In this document: in pieces, positions 9,143-18,593 of the stretch
Numbering within the stretch: the first letter of the stretch is position 1
Layout: each line of letters opens with the position of its first letter
Assembly: GCA_964012805.1 (NCBI GenBank)
Contig: CAXGUD010000001.1
Span: 160,001 to 224,000 of the forward strand
Origin: an uncultured Bacteriovoracaceae bacterium
Lineage (GTDB): Bacteria > Bdellovibrionota > Bacteriovoracia > Bacteriovoracales > Bacteriovoracaceae
DNA length: 64,000 nucleotides
Direction of reading: 5' to 3'
Notes under the pieces: model-generated
The model's input: only the letters and a program-made list of their open reading frames with translations
Told to the model about the DNA's origin: nothing
Databases searched by the model: none
Program-made: the position numbers and the translations under genes

Positions 9143-11161
9143 TTAATTAGTCGCAAAACCCTCATCGGTTCTCAGCTGGTTCCAAACTTCATTGATATCT
9201 GAGTCGTAACTATCAAGCTCAACGACTTCCCATTCGCCACCAATTACTGAACAAAGGGAAGCCCCTCCACTATCCGAACAATCAGAAGTTGTACCAACAG
9301 AATTAGAACACGTAACAGTCGAACCACCCACTACCTGTGCAGAACAAGACTGCTTTTTATAAACATAAAACCAACATTTTCCACCATTATAAAAACTATT
9401 ATGCTTTCCAAGGTCATTATCACACCCGGCTTGATTACTTTTGGAATAGGACATTTCCTGAATTTCAATCCTTTCACATTTATTACCAGTAATTCGAGTT
9501 TGTCCATTAGCACCAGGGTTGATAGCATTATCACAAGGTGATGGGATAGAAGCAACCGGGTTTCCACCAGATGGTGGTGTCGCTGGAACACTTCCAGATC
9601 TTACTTTAAACTCCTGGCATCTTCCCTCAGCATCCGTATTAGCAACGTGGACAACTTGTTTGTTGGCCCAATCAAATTCATGAGTACGGGGTCCCGGATT
9701 ATTTGGATAACCTGGAACACAAGGAAGAGCGTTGAAATCCACTCCGCCAAACCAAGAACCAATTGTGTTAAAGAAGGAGCCAATACCTCTCGTTTTAAGG
9801 CAAGGAATTTCTTCTCTTATACAATTTGCTATTATTGTTGAAGTTCTATACTTTTTACAAAAAAGCTTTTGACTTGAGCCGGAAACAAAACCGGACTCTT
9901 CATAAGTACCCGCATAACAATTTCTAATATTGGTGTCTCTTAATTTACATTCCTTATTAACTTCGTCCCATTCATAGTCTTGCTTATAGTAATTTGAACA
10001 AATATTCCTCCCGAAAGCCAAGACGACGTCCTCTTTATTTTTTCTCACGTTTAAGGCTTGATTCTCAATACTTTCAAGAGCATCCTCAACAAGTTTTTGC
10101 ATTTGCTCTTTATTAGTATCTGAAAATTGACTTTCCAGGTTTTTATAAAACCATGCCCTTGTGGCGACAATGCCTTTAGGGTTTGTTTTTGATATTGAAT
10201 CTTCTCTTACATAATTCTTTTGCGATTTAAACCTCTTTAGGTGTAAATTATCAAGGTTCTTTCCATCAATAATGAGATTATCACCTTCAAACTTAAATGA
10301 AATTCTTTTTGAGAGAAGAAAATCAAGTGCCTTTAGTTTATTTCCTTTTTCCTTTAAATTAATAATAAATAAACCTTGAGAATCTGCTTTCAATTTTGCT
10401 TGATTAGTATCGCCTAAAATAACACCACCCGATTTTGTTTCAGTTTTTACATTAACCTCGTTTCTAACTTCTTGATCCAATTCGGTAGTGATAAGATTAG
10501 CTGCCTCTAAATTATTTTCTACCTCTATATTTCCAAAAGTTTTAATTGCATAATTATTGTTTTGACCATGAGTTACTTTTATGGATTTACAATTAACTCC
10601 ATCAGAAAAGCTCCCTAGAAAACCATTTTCACAATTATTTTTGGCAAGTTTATTATCATCTAAAAGACACTCAGTAACTACTCCGTTATCAATTCTTGTA
10701 TTAAGATTAAGCCTTCTAACTGAATATCCTGTGTCTTTTTCTCCCCTTTTAAATGCAATTTCAAAAACAGAGGTACCGTTATTATAATCTTTTAACGTCA
10801 TTCTTTGGATTGTTATTTTTCCTCTTCCCTGACCATATTCAATCCCCTGTTCGAAAATATTCTTTCCCTGAACAAACGATTTAATCGCTTTTATGTTGGT
10901 GCCACCACCTAAAGGAGAAACCCCTTTAAAAGTAGCGTCACAAGTCTCCTTATTTTTTAGATTTGTTTGAACTCTCTTAAATAATTGAAAGACCTCCATA
11001 TTTTGGGCCGTCACTGTAGCAACAGTTTGAATGGAGTCATTAAGGTAAAGGATCCCCAGACTGACAACACCAAGTAGCCCACTCATCAACATTACTTGGA
11101 TGAGGGCCGCACCTGTTTCCCTTTTTACAAAAGCTAATATTTTTTCTCTTAGTTTTGACAT
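9143..11161 (-). CDS. Giant pilin-like protein with PilX/GspK-type N-terminus lacking Glu+5 (paralog 2)
   Basis: RETG|AALIQVMLMSGLLGVVSLG; motifs collinear with both neighbours. Confidence 0.8.
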   Translation of the reverse strand: MSKLREKILAFVKRETGAALIQVMLMSGLLGVVSLGILYLNDSIQTVATVTAQNMEVFQLFKRVQTNLKNKETCDATFKGVSPLGGGTNIKAIKSFVQGKNIFEQGIEYGQGRGKITIQRMTLKDYNNGTSVFEIAFKRGEKDTGYSVRRLNLNTRIDNGVVTECLLDDNKLAKNNCENGFLGSFSDGVNCKSIKVTHGQNNNYAIKTFGNIEVENNLEAANLITTELDQEVRNEVNVKTETKSGGVILGDTNQAKLKADSQGLFIINLKEKGNKLKALDFLLSKRISFKFEGDNLIIDGKNLDNLHLKRFKSQKNYVREDSISKTNPKGIVATRAWFYKNLESQFSDTNKEQMQKLVEDALESIENQALNVRKNKEDVVLAFGRNICSNYYKQDYEWDEVNKECKLRDTNIRNCYAGTYEESGFVSGSSQKLFCKKYRTSTIIANCIREEIPCLKTRGIGSFFNTIGSWFGGVDFNALPCVPGYPNNPGPRTHEFDWANKQVVHVANTDAEGRCQEFKVRSGSVPATPPSGGNPVASIPSPCDNAINPGANGQTRITGNKCERIEIQEMSYSKSNQAGCDNDLGKHNSFYNGGKCWFYVYKKQSCSAQVVGGSTVTCSNSVGTTSDCSDSGGASLCSVIGGEWEVVELDSYDSDINEVWNQLRTDEGFATN

Positions 11162-11164
11162 AGT

Positions 11165-12586
11165 CTAAAACCCACAGCGGTTGACCGTCTGCGGTCCCTT
11201 TCCACACTTATAGCATTTACCAGTTCCACTATTTCCTGAAGCTGGCTTTCTATTAACACACCTCCAATCTGGAATTGTTTGACAAATAAATTTAGGAACA
11301 CCCCCATCTGAAAAGTCTTCCTTAACGGTCAAAAGCTCGTTTTCTCCACATTCCACATCTGGCTTACAAATACCGCCTTCCCATACAAAGCTTTTAAAAT
11401 ACCTTTGACACATATGTTTACCAACTGCTGCTACAATTGTTTTTTCCATTTGGTCATTTTTTATTTTGTCTATTGCGTCTTTTATATATTTATTGAAGAC
11501 ATCAGTTTTGGCCCTACTAAAGAGATAGGCTAAAGTTTGATAAGTCCACTGCCTAGTCGCAATCACTCCTTTCTTTGAACTTAATGATGATTCGACCAAA
11601 TCTTGATTACTTGAATCTATTATTAACTGTTCGAAAGAATCATCAGCATCTAAAACCAAATTATTTTTTTCGATCTTAAAATTTATTTTTTTACCCGTAT
11701 TCGTATTAATCTTTACTGATTTGAGCGTATTTTTAAAACCCATAAGGGTAAGGGCATCAGAACTTGATTTTAATGTCATTTGAACTTTATTGCTGGTTCC
11801 AACAACTACATTATTCTGAACGGCTAATTCATTTGAAACATTTTGATTTCTGGCCTTGGAATAACCACTGACTTTAATATCCCCTTTCTGTTGACCAGTA
11901 CCAGAAGACTTGATAACAACATTGTCTTTAGAGTTAATAGCAAAATCTTTTTCAGGGGAAGTTCTGATAGTTATTGATTTACAGTTTTTTTGATTTGAAT
12001 AATCACCTTCAAAAGAAATTTCGCAATTATCTCTCAGGTAAGAGTCTGTATTTGTAACACAATCATTTATTAATTTCGGATCTTTTCTTTCACCTTCCGG
12101 TATATCCTGTGGATTTAAATTGGTTTTTATTTTTAAAACTCTTTTTTCTTGAACAACTTTTTTTTCTTTTCCCGCGTACCTTTCAAAAACGACCTCTAAG
12201 TCTGATATCGATGTCTCTTTATTATAGTTTTTTAAATCTATTGAAAGGACTTTAACTCGCCCTCCGCCGGTGCCATAAAACTTATTCGTTTCCACTCGTC
12301 CAATTTTTTTTAAAGAAACTCCATCAATCGGGTTAAGACCCTTTAAATTCTCTCTACATTTTTCTTTATTTTGGAGACTTCCTTTAATTTGAGCCAAAAG
12401 CTGAAATATTTCTACTTTCTGTGAACTTCCGTAGGAAATATTGGTTGCATTTTGAATTGTTTGAAAAATGCCTAAACTCAAAATACCAATGAGCCCTGCC
12501 GCAACCGTGAGTTCAATAAGTGAGAACCCTTTTTCGCTTCCCATTGAAATCAGAATTTTATTGTTTTTTAACTTCTCAAATAACAT
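11165..12586 (-). CDS. Large prepilin-type N-terminal cleavage/methylation protein (paralog 1)
   Basis: SEKG|FSLIELTVAAGLIGILSLG with Glu+5; shorter Cys-rich tip. Confidence 0.85.
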   Translation of the reverse strand: MLFEKLKNNKILISMGSEKGFSLIELTVAAGLIGILSLGIFQTIQNATNISYGSSQKVEIFQLLAQIKGSLQNKEKCRENLKGLNPIDGVSLKKIGRVETNKFYGTGGGRVKVLSIDLKNYNKETSISDLEVVFERYAGKEKKVVQEKRVLKIKTNLNPQDIPEGERKDPKLINDCVTNTDSYLRDNCEISFEGDYSNQKNCKSITIRTSPEKDFAINSKDNVVIKSSGTGQQKGDIKVSGYSKARNQNVSNELAVQNNVVVGTSNKVQMTLKSSSDALTLMGFKNTLKSVKINTNTGKKINFKIEKNNLVLDADDSFEQLIIDSSNQDLVESSLSSKKGVIATRQWTYQTLAYLFSRAKTDVFNKYIKDAIDKIKNDQMEKTIVAAVGKHMCQRYFKSFVWEGGICKPDVECGENELLTVKEDFSDGGVPKFICQTIPDWRCVNRKPASGNSGTGKCYKCGKGPQTVNRCGF

Positions 12587-12723
12587 AAATGGAACTTTTT
12601 TCGATTATTCTACCATAAAATAAAAGTCAACTTATCCTTGGGAAAACCCTCCCTCATTTTCATTTGTCTTCCCATTTTTGATTTGGGATAATTTAAATAT
12701 CCAATTTATCGGGGTTGATTTCT

Positions 12724-14256
12724 ATGGTAAATAATTTGAAAGACAAACTTATTCAGAACATCTCAAAGGTCGAAAACTCTAAAGATGGACTTTTGGCGTT
12801 CAGTTTAACCTTTTTTTTCATAATGTTTTTAAGAAATTTCTTAGAACACTTTTCAAATGGCTCCACATTTAGGCTTGATAATATCCTTCACTTCAATTTA
12901 AGCTTCCTTTATTTATCCATGCAAATAACGGCTATTTTGGTTATTTTTTTAAAGGAAGATCCAAAAAAAATTGGAAAAGTTGTATTGGTCTTCTTTTCCA
13001 TCCTCCTTCTTCCCCCCATTGTAGATCTAATTTGGAGTCAAGGAGAAGGTCTTACAATGACTTATTATGTTCCAAATATTCATCAAGATCTTTTTAAGAA
13101 GTACCTGACGTTCTGGGGTAGCTATGAAGGATCGGGAGCGACGATAGGAATCAAGACGGAAGTCCTAGTTGGAGTTATTAGTGTTTTTACCTACTCCCTG
13201 TTAAAAAATGTATCACTTTTAAAAAGTGCATTCTTGGCATTACTTATTTACTCAAGTATTTTCCTTTTTGGAATGACTCCTTTTGTTTGGAAGTTTTTCC
13301 TGTCAATTTTTTCACTCAATTACAAAATAAATGATCAATATTTTTCATTCTTTTACTCTCTTGGATTGCTTCCTATCTTTGGTTTTCTTTTTTATAAATA
13401 TAATTCAAAGTTAATCCTTGCCTTAATAAAAGATTTGAGACTCGAAAGGATATTTCATTACCTTTTAATGTTTTTCTTAGGAACCTTTTGTGGTAATTTT
13501 TTGGGAGAAAAAGCTTTTTCCTGGTCAATCGATACATGGTCGAAAATGGTATTTTTTCCAATATCCATTTTCTTTGCTTGTCTTTTTTCAATAGTCATCA
13601 ATAATATTTACGATTTTGATATTGACAAAATTTCAAATAAATTAAGGCCTTTAATTACAAAAGATATAGAACTAAATACCTACAAAAAGGTAGGCACTCT
13701 TTCTCTTTTTTTAAGTTTTTTTTATTCTTCACTTTTGGGTTTCGAGTGGCTTTTCTTTAACATCCTTTTTACAGGCCTTTATTTTATTTATTCAAGCCCT
13801 CCTCTAAGGCTTAAGAGAATTCCATTCCTATCAAAGTTTATCCTTTCTTCTGCATCGATTATTATGATTTACAGTGGTTATTTTTTAATTGAATCAAATT
13901 TAAAAATAGACTTCGACCTTGTCTGGCCACTTTTTATTTCTTTTGGCCTTATATTGAACTTTATAGACCTTAAAGATACAGAAGGCGATTCTAAAGAAGG
14001 TATAAAAACTCTTCCCATTATCTTTGGTGAATGGTGGGGCAAAAGAATTATAGGCCTCTTTTTCCTCGTGAGTTATCCTCTCTCTTTCCTTTGGTTTAAA
14101 AAAATATTCCCCGTAAGTCCTTATTTTCTTCCACTTTTTGCTCTGGCAGGCTTAATTCAATACTGCCTCATTGTTCGGGATAACTATGATGAAAGACCTA
14201 TTTTTTACTTACACCTAACGGGACTTTCCTTCTTTTTAATCTGGCATATTTTCTAG
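12724..14256 (+). CDS. UbiA-superfamily prenyltransferase with an extra N-terminal multi-TM domain
   Basis: INNIYDFDIDKISNKLRPL, YSSPPLRLKR, IDLKDTEGDSKEGIKTLP; highly hydrophobic; start 12715 or 12724. Confidence 0.8.
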   Translation: MVNNLKDKLIQNISKVENSKDGLLAFSLTFFFIMFLRNFLEHFSNGSTFRLDNILHFNLSFLYLSMQITAILVIFLKEDPKKIGKVVLVFFSILLLPPIVDLIWSQGEGLTMTYYVPNIHQDLFKKYLTFWGSYEGSGATIGIKTEVLVGVISVFTYSLLKNVSLLKSAFLALLIYSSIFLFGMTPFVWKFFLSIFSLNYKINDQYFSFFYSLGLLPIFGFLFYKYNSKLILALIKDLRLERIFHYLLMFFLGTFCGNFLGEKAFSWSIDTWSKMVFFPISIFFACLFSIVINNIYDFDIDKISNKLRPLITKDIELNTYKKVGTLSLFLSFFYSSLLGFEWLFFNILFTGLYFIYSSPPLRLKRIPFLSKFILSSASIIMIYSGYFLIESNLKIDFDLVWPLFISFGLILNFIDLKDTEGDSKEGIKTLPIIFGEWWGKRIIGLFFLVSYPLSFLWFKKIFPVSPYFLPLFALAGLIQYCLIVRDNYDERPIFYLHLTGLSFFLIWHIF

Positions 14257-14271
14257 CTTTTAATTTAAAAT

Positions 14272-16002
14272 TTATAAGGCCAAGAGCATATGAGTTTTTT
14301 TATTTTCTAATATCTTCGTCCCCTTAAGGGCCTTAAAAGAAAAATATTCCTCTTCTCTTACCCCTTTGAAAAGGTTCTTGTGAACAAGAATCATTTCAAC
14401 CCCCATATTTTTTAATTTTTTTAAGGAGCCAGGTGATTTAAAATTTTGTAGGGTCGATTGAAGTTTCATTCTACGCTTTGGTACATATCCATTAACGCCA
14501 TTAACGATATGATGAGATAGTTTTGTCTGCCAATTCATATAGAGAACTTCTCTATTAAAACTATACAAATTTTCCTTTGAATCTAAAAAATCGAATTGAA
14601 TAAAGGATGGAAGATTTAACACGACTTTGGGTTTATAAACTTTATCTATTCTTTGATAGTAAAGAGGAGGTTTTTCAAGAGAGAAGGATGGGTATTTCTT
14701 TAAAGGGAAAGGTATATTTTCAACAAAGTAAAATGAAATTAAAAAAATTAAAGATAAAAAGCTTAAAGCCTTATTTTTTTTGCTCAATTCAAAAAAGTAT
14801 TTAAACGAAAAGCAAGAAAAGAAGCATAAAGCTATAAGAGTTATAAAAAAGGCCCTCAAGGGAACTCTTAAAAAAGAACTTAAAGGAAGCCATTCATAAA
14901 TTAAGGACACAGGGGAAGAAATTTTTAGATCAAAAATATAAATTGTGGGACCAAAAGATAAAAATAGCCCCAAAAGACCAATACAAATTATCGTTCGGCT
15001 TATCTTCTTTCCTTTATTTAAAAACCAACCCGCAGCACCCAAGCACGGCAAAACAAAACCAATCCAAGCATGCCTCCTTAGTAGGGCCCAAAAAGGGTCT
15101 TGAATACTATCCGTATGAGAACTTATTTTCATTAAGTTATTGGGTAATGCTTTAAAAAAGTCGGCCCCTTGAAGGCTTGTACTTTTTATAACCATAGACA
15201 AATTATAAGGGTTTACAAAAGAGGAATTAGAAGAATTCTGTACGTAGAAAAGTACTAAAGGTGATGAAACAATAATAGAGAGGAAAAAAGTTGAGAGCAC
15301 AAAAAGGTGTCCAAATTTTTTAGTTTCTTCTTTATAAAAAAAGAAAGTAATCAATAAAATTAGGACATAATAAAAATATAGATAAAAAGAAAAGTAAGGA
15401 GTCACTCCTAACAACAGGAATGAAATAATAAACTCATTTTTATTAATAGATTTAAAACTTCTATGTAAAAAGTAAAGTGAAAGAAAAGGAAGAAAATAAA
15501 AAATTATTAAGGTATCATCGATATTTGAAAAAACAAAATGTCCTGTACAAAAGAAAAGCCCTCCTAAAAAAGAAGCCCAACGGTGATTGACAAAAATATT
15601 TGCAAACAAATAAAAAGAAAAAGAAGTCAAAGATAACTGTAAAACCAGATAGAGAAAATAGGCCCATAAATCATTCCATAAAAGGGCCTTACAAATAATA
15701 AATAGGAGTCCCAACCCTGGCGATGCCTCACCAAAAGAAAATATATTCTTAACAGGGTAAAGTGATCTGAAAGACTCTCCCTCAGTAAAAAATGTTAGGA
15801 TATTTTTTAAGTAGTTATTTGAAAGCGCCACTGCAAGCCAAGTATCACAATTACCAGGCAAAGTTTTTGTTAGAGGATAAGGCAGAAAAAGAAAAAAGAA
15901 AAAAAAGAAATATAAAATAAAAAGTAAAAAAAGGCTCTGGCCATTTTTTTTTAAATTGTCACCTTTTCCTGAATTTTTAAATAAATTAAACCAACCTTCC
16001 AT
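14272..16002 (-). CDS. Polytopic membrane protein, GT-C/YfhO-like putative glycosyltransferase
   Basis: Many TM helices; early loop LPGNCDTW, FSFGE, LLGLFLSFGP, FLRVPLR, C-terminal soluble domain with IVNGVNGYVP. Confidence 0.55.
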   Translation of the reverse strand: MEGWFNLFKNSGKGDNLKKNGQSLFLLFILYFFFFFFLFLPYPLTKTLPGNCDTWLAVALSNNYLKNILTFFTEGESFRSLYPVKNIFSFGEASPGLGLLFIICKALLWNDLWAYFLYLVLQLSLTSFSFYLFANIFVNHRWASFLGGLFFCTGHFVFSNIDDTLIIFYFLPFLSLYFLHRSFKSINKNEFIISFLLLGVTPYFSFYLYFYYVLILLITFFFYKEETKKFGHLFVLSTFFLSIIVSSPLVLFYVQNSSNSSFVNPYNLSMVIKSTSLQGADFFKALPNNLMKISSHTDSIQDPFWALLRRHAWIGFVLPCLGAAGWFLNKGKKISRTIICIGLLGLFLSFGPTIYIFDLKISSPVSLIYEWLPLSSFLRVPLRAFFITLIALCFFSCFSFKYFFELSKKNKALSFLSLIFLISFYFVENIPFPLKKYPSFSLEKPPLYYQRIDKVYKPKVVLNLPSFIQFDFLDSKENLYSFNREVLYMNWQTKLSHHIVNGVNGYVPKRRMKLQSTLQNFKSPGSLKKLKNMGVEMILVHKNLFKGVREEEYFSFKALKGTKILENKKTHMLLAL

Positions 16003-16041
16003 TTATATATGCTAAAATGGAACAAAAAATGTGTCAAAGAG

Positions 16042-16917
16042 ATGGTATATTTAAAAAATTTTAGATTTTTAGAATCAATACAAGGATTTTTTCCGACTCT
16101 TTTTATTATTATTATCTTTAATCCCTCTCCTTTTTTAACCTTTGATTACTTATACCTTTTCCCTCTTTTGATAGTTATTTTACTTAATCACCAGTTTGTT
16201 TATGTTATTAATGATTTTTACGATTTCCCAACAGATTTAAATAATCCTAGAAAAACATATACAAGAAGTATTTCTCAGCAAAAGAGGTTAATCTTTATTT
16301 TTTTAATTATACTTATTAATCTACTAACTTTTAAAATCTATAATAATCATCTGTCTATTTTAATCTTAAATAGCTTTTTTTTCTTTTTGGGTGTCCTTTA
16401 CTCACACCCAGTGACCCATTTTAAAAGCAGTCGCCCCCTATCATTTCTTATTCACTTTGTTTATGGTTTTTTAGGATCAAGTATCGGCCATCTTATTCTT
16501 ATCGATTTAAACTTAATTAAAAAAATTTCGCCTCTACTCTTTACTTTATCAGGAAGTATTTTTGGTTTTTTATTTCTTGCCGGTAATATTATGAGTGCAA
16601 TCATAGATCAAAATATAGAACCTAATTCTTGGATAAAAAATTCGGCTCTTTTTCAATTGAATTATTATAAAAAAACTCTCTATTTATGTATCTTTTTATT
16701 GGCCATTTTTTACGTTTTACAGGTAAAAAAGCACACTATTTTACTTTTTCCATTTTTTTTAGCTATTTTTCTTTCTCTTCATAAGCTTTTTAATAAAGAC
16801 TCTCTTTACAAAAAGAATCAAGAGGTATCAGTTTTGATTAGAGACAAAGTGAGGCTATATTTTTTCCTCTTTTTTATATTTCAACTTGCTTGTAGTTTTT
16901 ATTTTTTTAAAGGGTAG
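16042..16917 (+). CDS. Second, divergent UbiA-superfamily membrane protein
   Basis: VYVINDFYDFPTDLNNPRK first Asp-rich motif and LYSHPVTHFKS; start 16009 or 16042. Confidence 0.65.
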   Translation: MVYLKNFRFLESIQGFFPTLFIIIIFNPSPFLTFDYLYLFPLLIVILLNHQFVYVINDFYDFPTDLNNPRKTYTRSISQQKRLIFIFLIILINLLTFKIYNNHLSILILNSFFFFLGVLYSHPVTHFKSSRPLSFLIHFVYGFLGSSIGHLILIDLNLIKKISPLLFTLSGSIFGFLFLAGNIMSAIIDQNIEPNSWIKNSALFQLNYYKKTLYLCIFLLAIFYVLQVKKHTILLFPFFLAIFLSLHKLFNKDSLYKKNQEVSVLIRDKVRLYFFLFFIFQLACSFYFFKG

Positions 16918-16921
16918 AGAA

Positions 16922-17467
16922 ATGACACTTTTTTTTGAATCTTTCATACTCTTGGTATGGTTTTTAATTTTTAATTGGGAAAGAAGGAAGAAAAACCAGT
17001 TAGAACAGTTTATCTTGCTTTACAGTCTTCCAATGACATTTATTTTGGAAGTCATAAACGATGTTTACTTTGGTTCTTTAGGTATGATTTATCCTCATTC
17101 ATTTTTTTACCTTAGACCTTTTAACTTCCCAATTCCAATTATACTATCTGGAAGTCTTTATTGCTGGGCCTTACATAAATTATCATTAAAAGCGTCCTCA
17201 TTAGATTTAAAAACAGAAAGGCCAAACCTAGTTTATTTTATAATGATCATGATCCTTTTAAACTCTTGGTATTTTATTGAGCAAATCGGTCAAAGTAGTG
17301 GCTATTGGATGAGAATAGGGGGAATCCAATATACTAATATCGTTATCACGCTTACTTACTTTTTTTACTTTTCCTTTACTATGCCCTCAATCATTTTTTC
17401 AATTCTCACCCTTAAATTTTTAAATAAAGGCAAAGAAGAAAAGGACTGCTCCACACATTGTATTTGA
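16922..17467 (+). CDS. Small polytopic membrane protein
   Basis: ATG 4 nt after the upstream stop; about 5 hydrophobic segments. Confidence 0.65.
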   Translation: MTLFFESFILLVWFLIFNWERRKKNQLEQFILLYSLPMTFILEVINDVYFGSLGMIYPHSFFYLRPFNFPIPIILSGSLYCWALHKLSLKASSLDLKTERPNLVYFIMIMILLNSWYFIEQIGQSSGYWMRIGGIQYTNIVITLTYFFYFSFTMPSIIFSILTLKFLNKGKEEKDCSTHCI

Positions 17468-17508
17468 AAGGTCTTCGGGTTAAACTGGCCCTAGAAAGAG
17501 GTTAGAGT

Positions 17509-18009
17509 ATGCTAAAAAAATTACTATGGGACTGGATTCCTCAAAGAGTACAAGACAACCTAATTTTGAGGTACATAGGATTTTTTAAAATTCCTCTTGT
17601 AAATTTCGTCGGACTTAAAATGGTCAAAAGAGATGAAAAAAAGTGCACCCTCTCTATGCCTCTTAATAGAAAAACAAAGAACCATGTTAATTCTGTTTAT
17701 TTTGCTTGCATGACAGCTGGAGCTGATTTAACAGCGGGCTTTCCTGTTATTCTTGAAGTTCTAAGGATTAAAAAAAATATCGTACCAATCTTTAAAGATA
17801 TGAGTGCAGAGTTCTACAAAAGGGCCGAAGGTGAAACTCACTTCACGAGTGAACAAAACCAAGAAATCAAAGACCTTATTCAAAAAGCCCTTTCAACCGG
17901 CGAAAGACACAATATCCCAGTCATTATTACCGCCACAGTACCCAAAGTCCTCGGAGATGAACCTGTTGCTAAATTTACGTTAAATCTATCGTTGAAAGTT
18001 AAACCATAG
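17509..18009 (+). CDS. Hot-dog fold thioesterase-like protein (DUF4442/YiiD C-terminal-like)
   Basis: KNHVNSVYFAC…GADL…G, FKDMSAEFYKRAEG. Confidence 0.8.
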   Translation: MLKKLLWDWIPQRVQDNLILRYIGFFKIPLVNFVGLKMVKRDEKKCTLSMPLNRKTKNHVNSVYFACMTAGADLTAGFPVILEVLRIKKNIVPIFKDMSAEFYKRAEGETHFTSEQNQEIKDLIQKALSTGERHNIPVIITATVPKVLGDEPVAKFTLNLSLKVKP

Positions 18010-18013
18010 ATGA

Positions 18014-18571
18014 TTAAAATTTCTGATCAATGGACATTCGAAGAATTAAATTATCCTCTCTTTTTTTATTTCTTTCCGAATATGGGAAGTTTTTAAAATA
18101 AAACCTAAGCGTTTCTTTAATCGACTCAAAGGCCAAATCATCCCATGGTATTTCTTCTTCACTAAACAGTTTAGCATCCAAGCTTTCTACTCCAGGAGAA
18201 AAAGAGTTTCCCTTTAAGCTTGAAAGATAAATTATATAAACTTGAGAAATATGAACGATATCTATTACAGACAAAAGCCTTTCAACCTTTATTTCAGCAT
18301 TAACTTCCTCCCTTACCTCTCTAATGGCCCCATTTTCTGTACTTTCTTTAAGTTCCAAAAAACCTGCAGGAATAGTCCAGAAGTTTTCTCTAGGAGGAAT
18401 GGCCCTTTTTGCCAATAGGACTTTCTCCCCCTGATAGATTAGAGAACCTGAAATTATTTTTGGGTTAACATAATGAATTGCCCCACAGCTTGGACAACAG
18501 GCCCTTTTTATATTATCGCCTTCCGGCACCTTATAAATAACTTTTTCACCACAATCAGAGCAAAACTTCAT
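18014..18571 (-). CDS. NUDIX hydrolase with N-terminal zinc ribbon
   Basis: MKFCSDCG…CPSCGAIHYVNPK; Nudix box PAGFLELKESTENGAIREVREE; start reassigned to 18571. Confidence 0.92.
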   Translation of the reverse strand: MKFCSDCGEKVIYKVPEGDNIKRACCPSCGAIHYVNPKIISGSLIYQGEKVLLAKRAIPPRENFWTIPAGFLELKESTENGAIREVREEVNAEIKVERLLSVIDIVHISQVYIIYLSSLKGNSFSPGVESLDAKLFSEEEIPWDDLAFESIKETLRFYFKNFPYSERNKKREDNLILRMSIDQKF

Positions 18572-18593
18572 AAAAGAGTTCCTAAAATTAATT

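Noticed and set aside
6953..12586. Diversity-generating retroelement or shufflon acting on the variable pilin tips
   Set aside because: No reverse transcriptase or recombinase, and no near-identical template/variable repeats or inversion sites seen in the window
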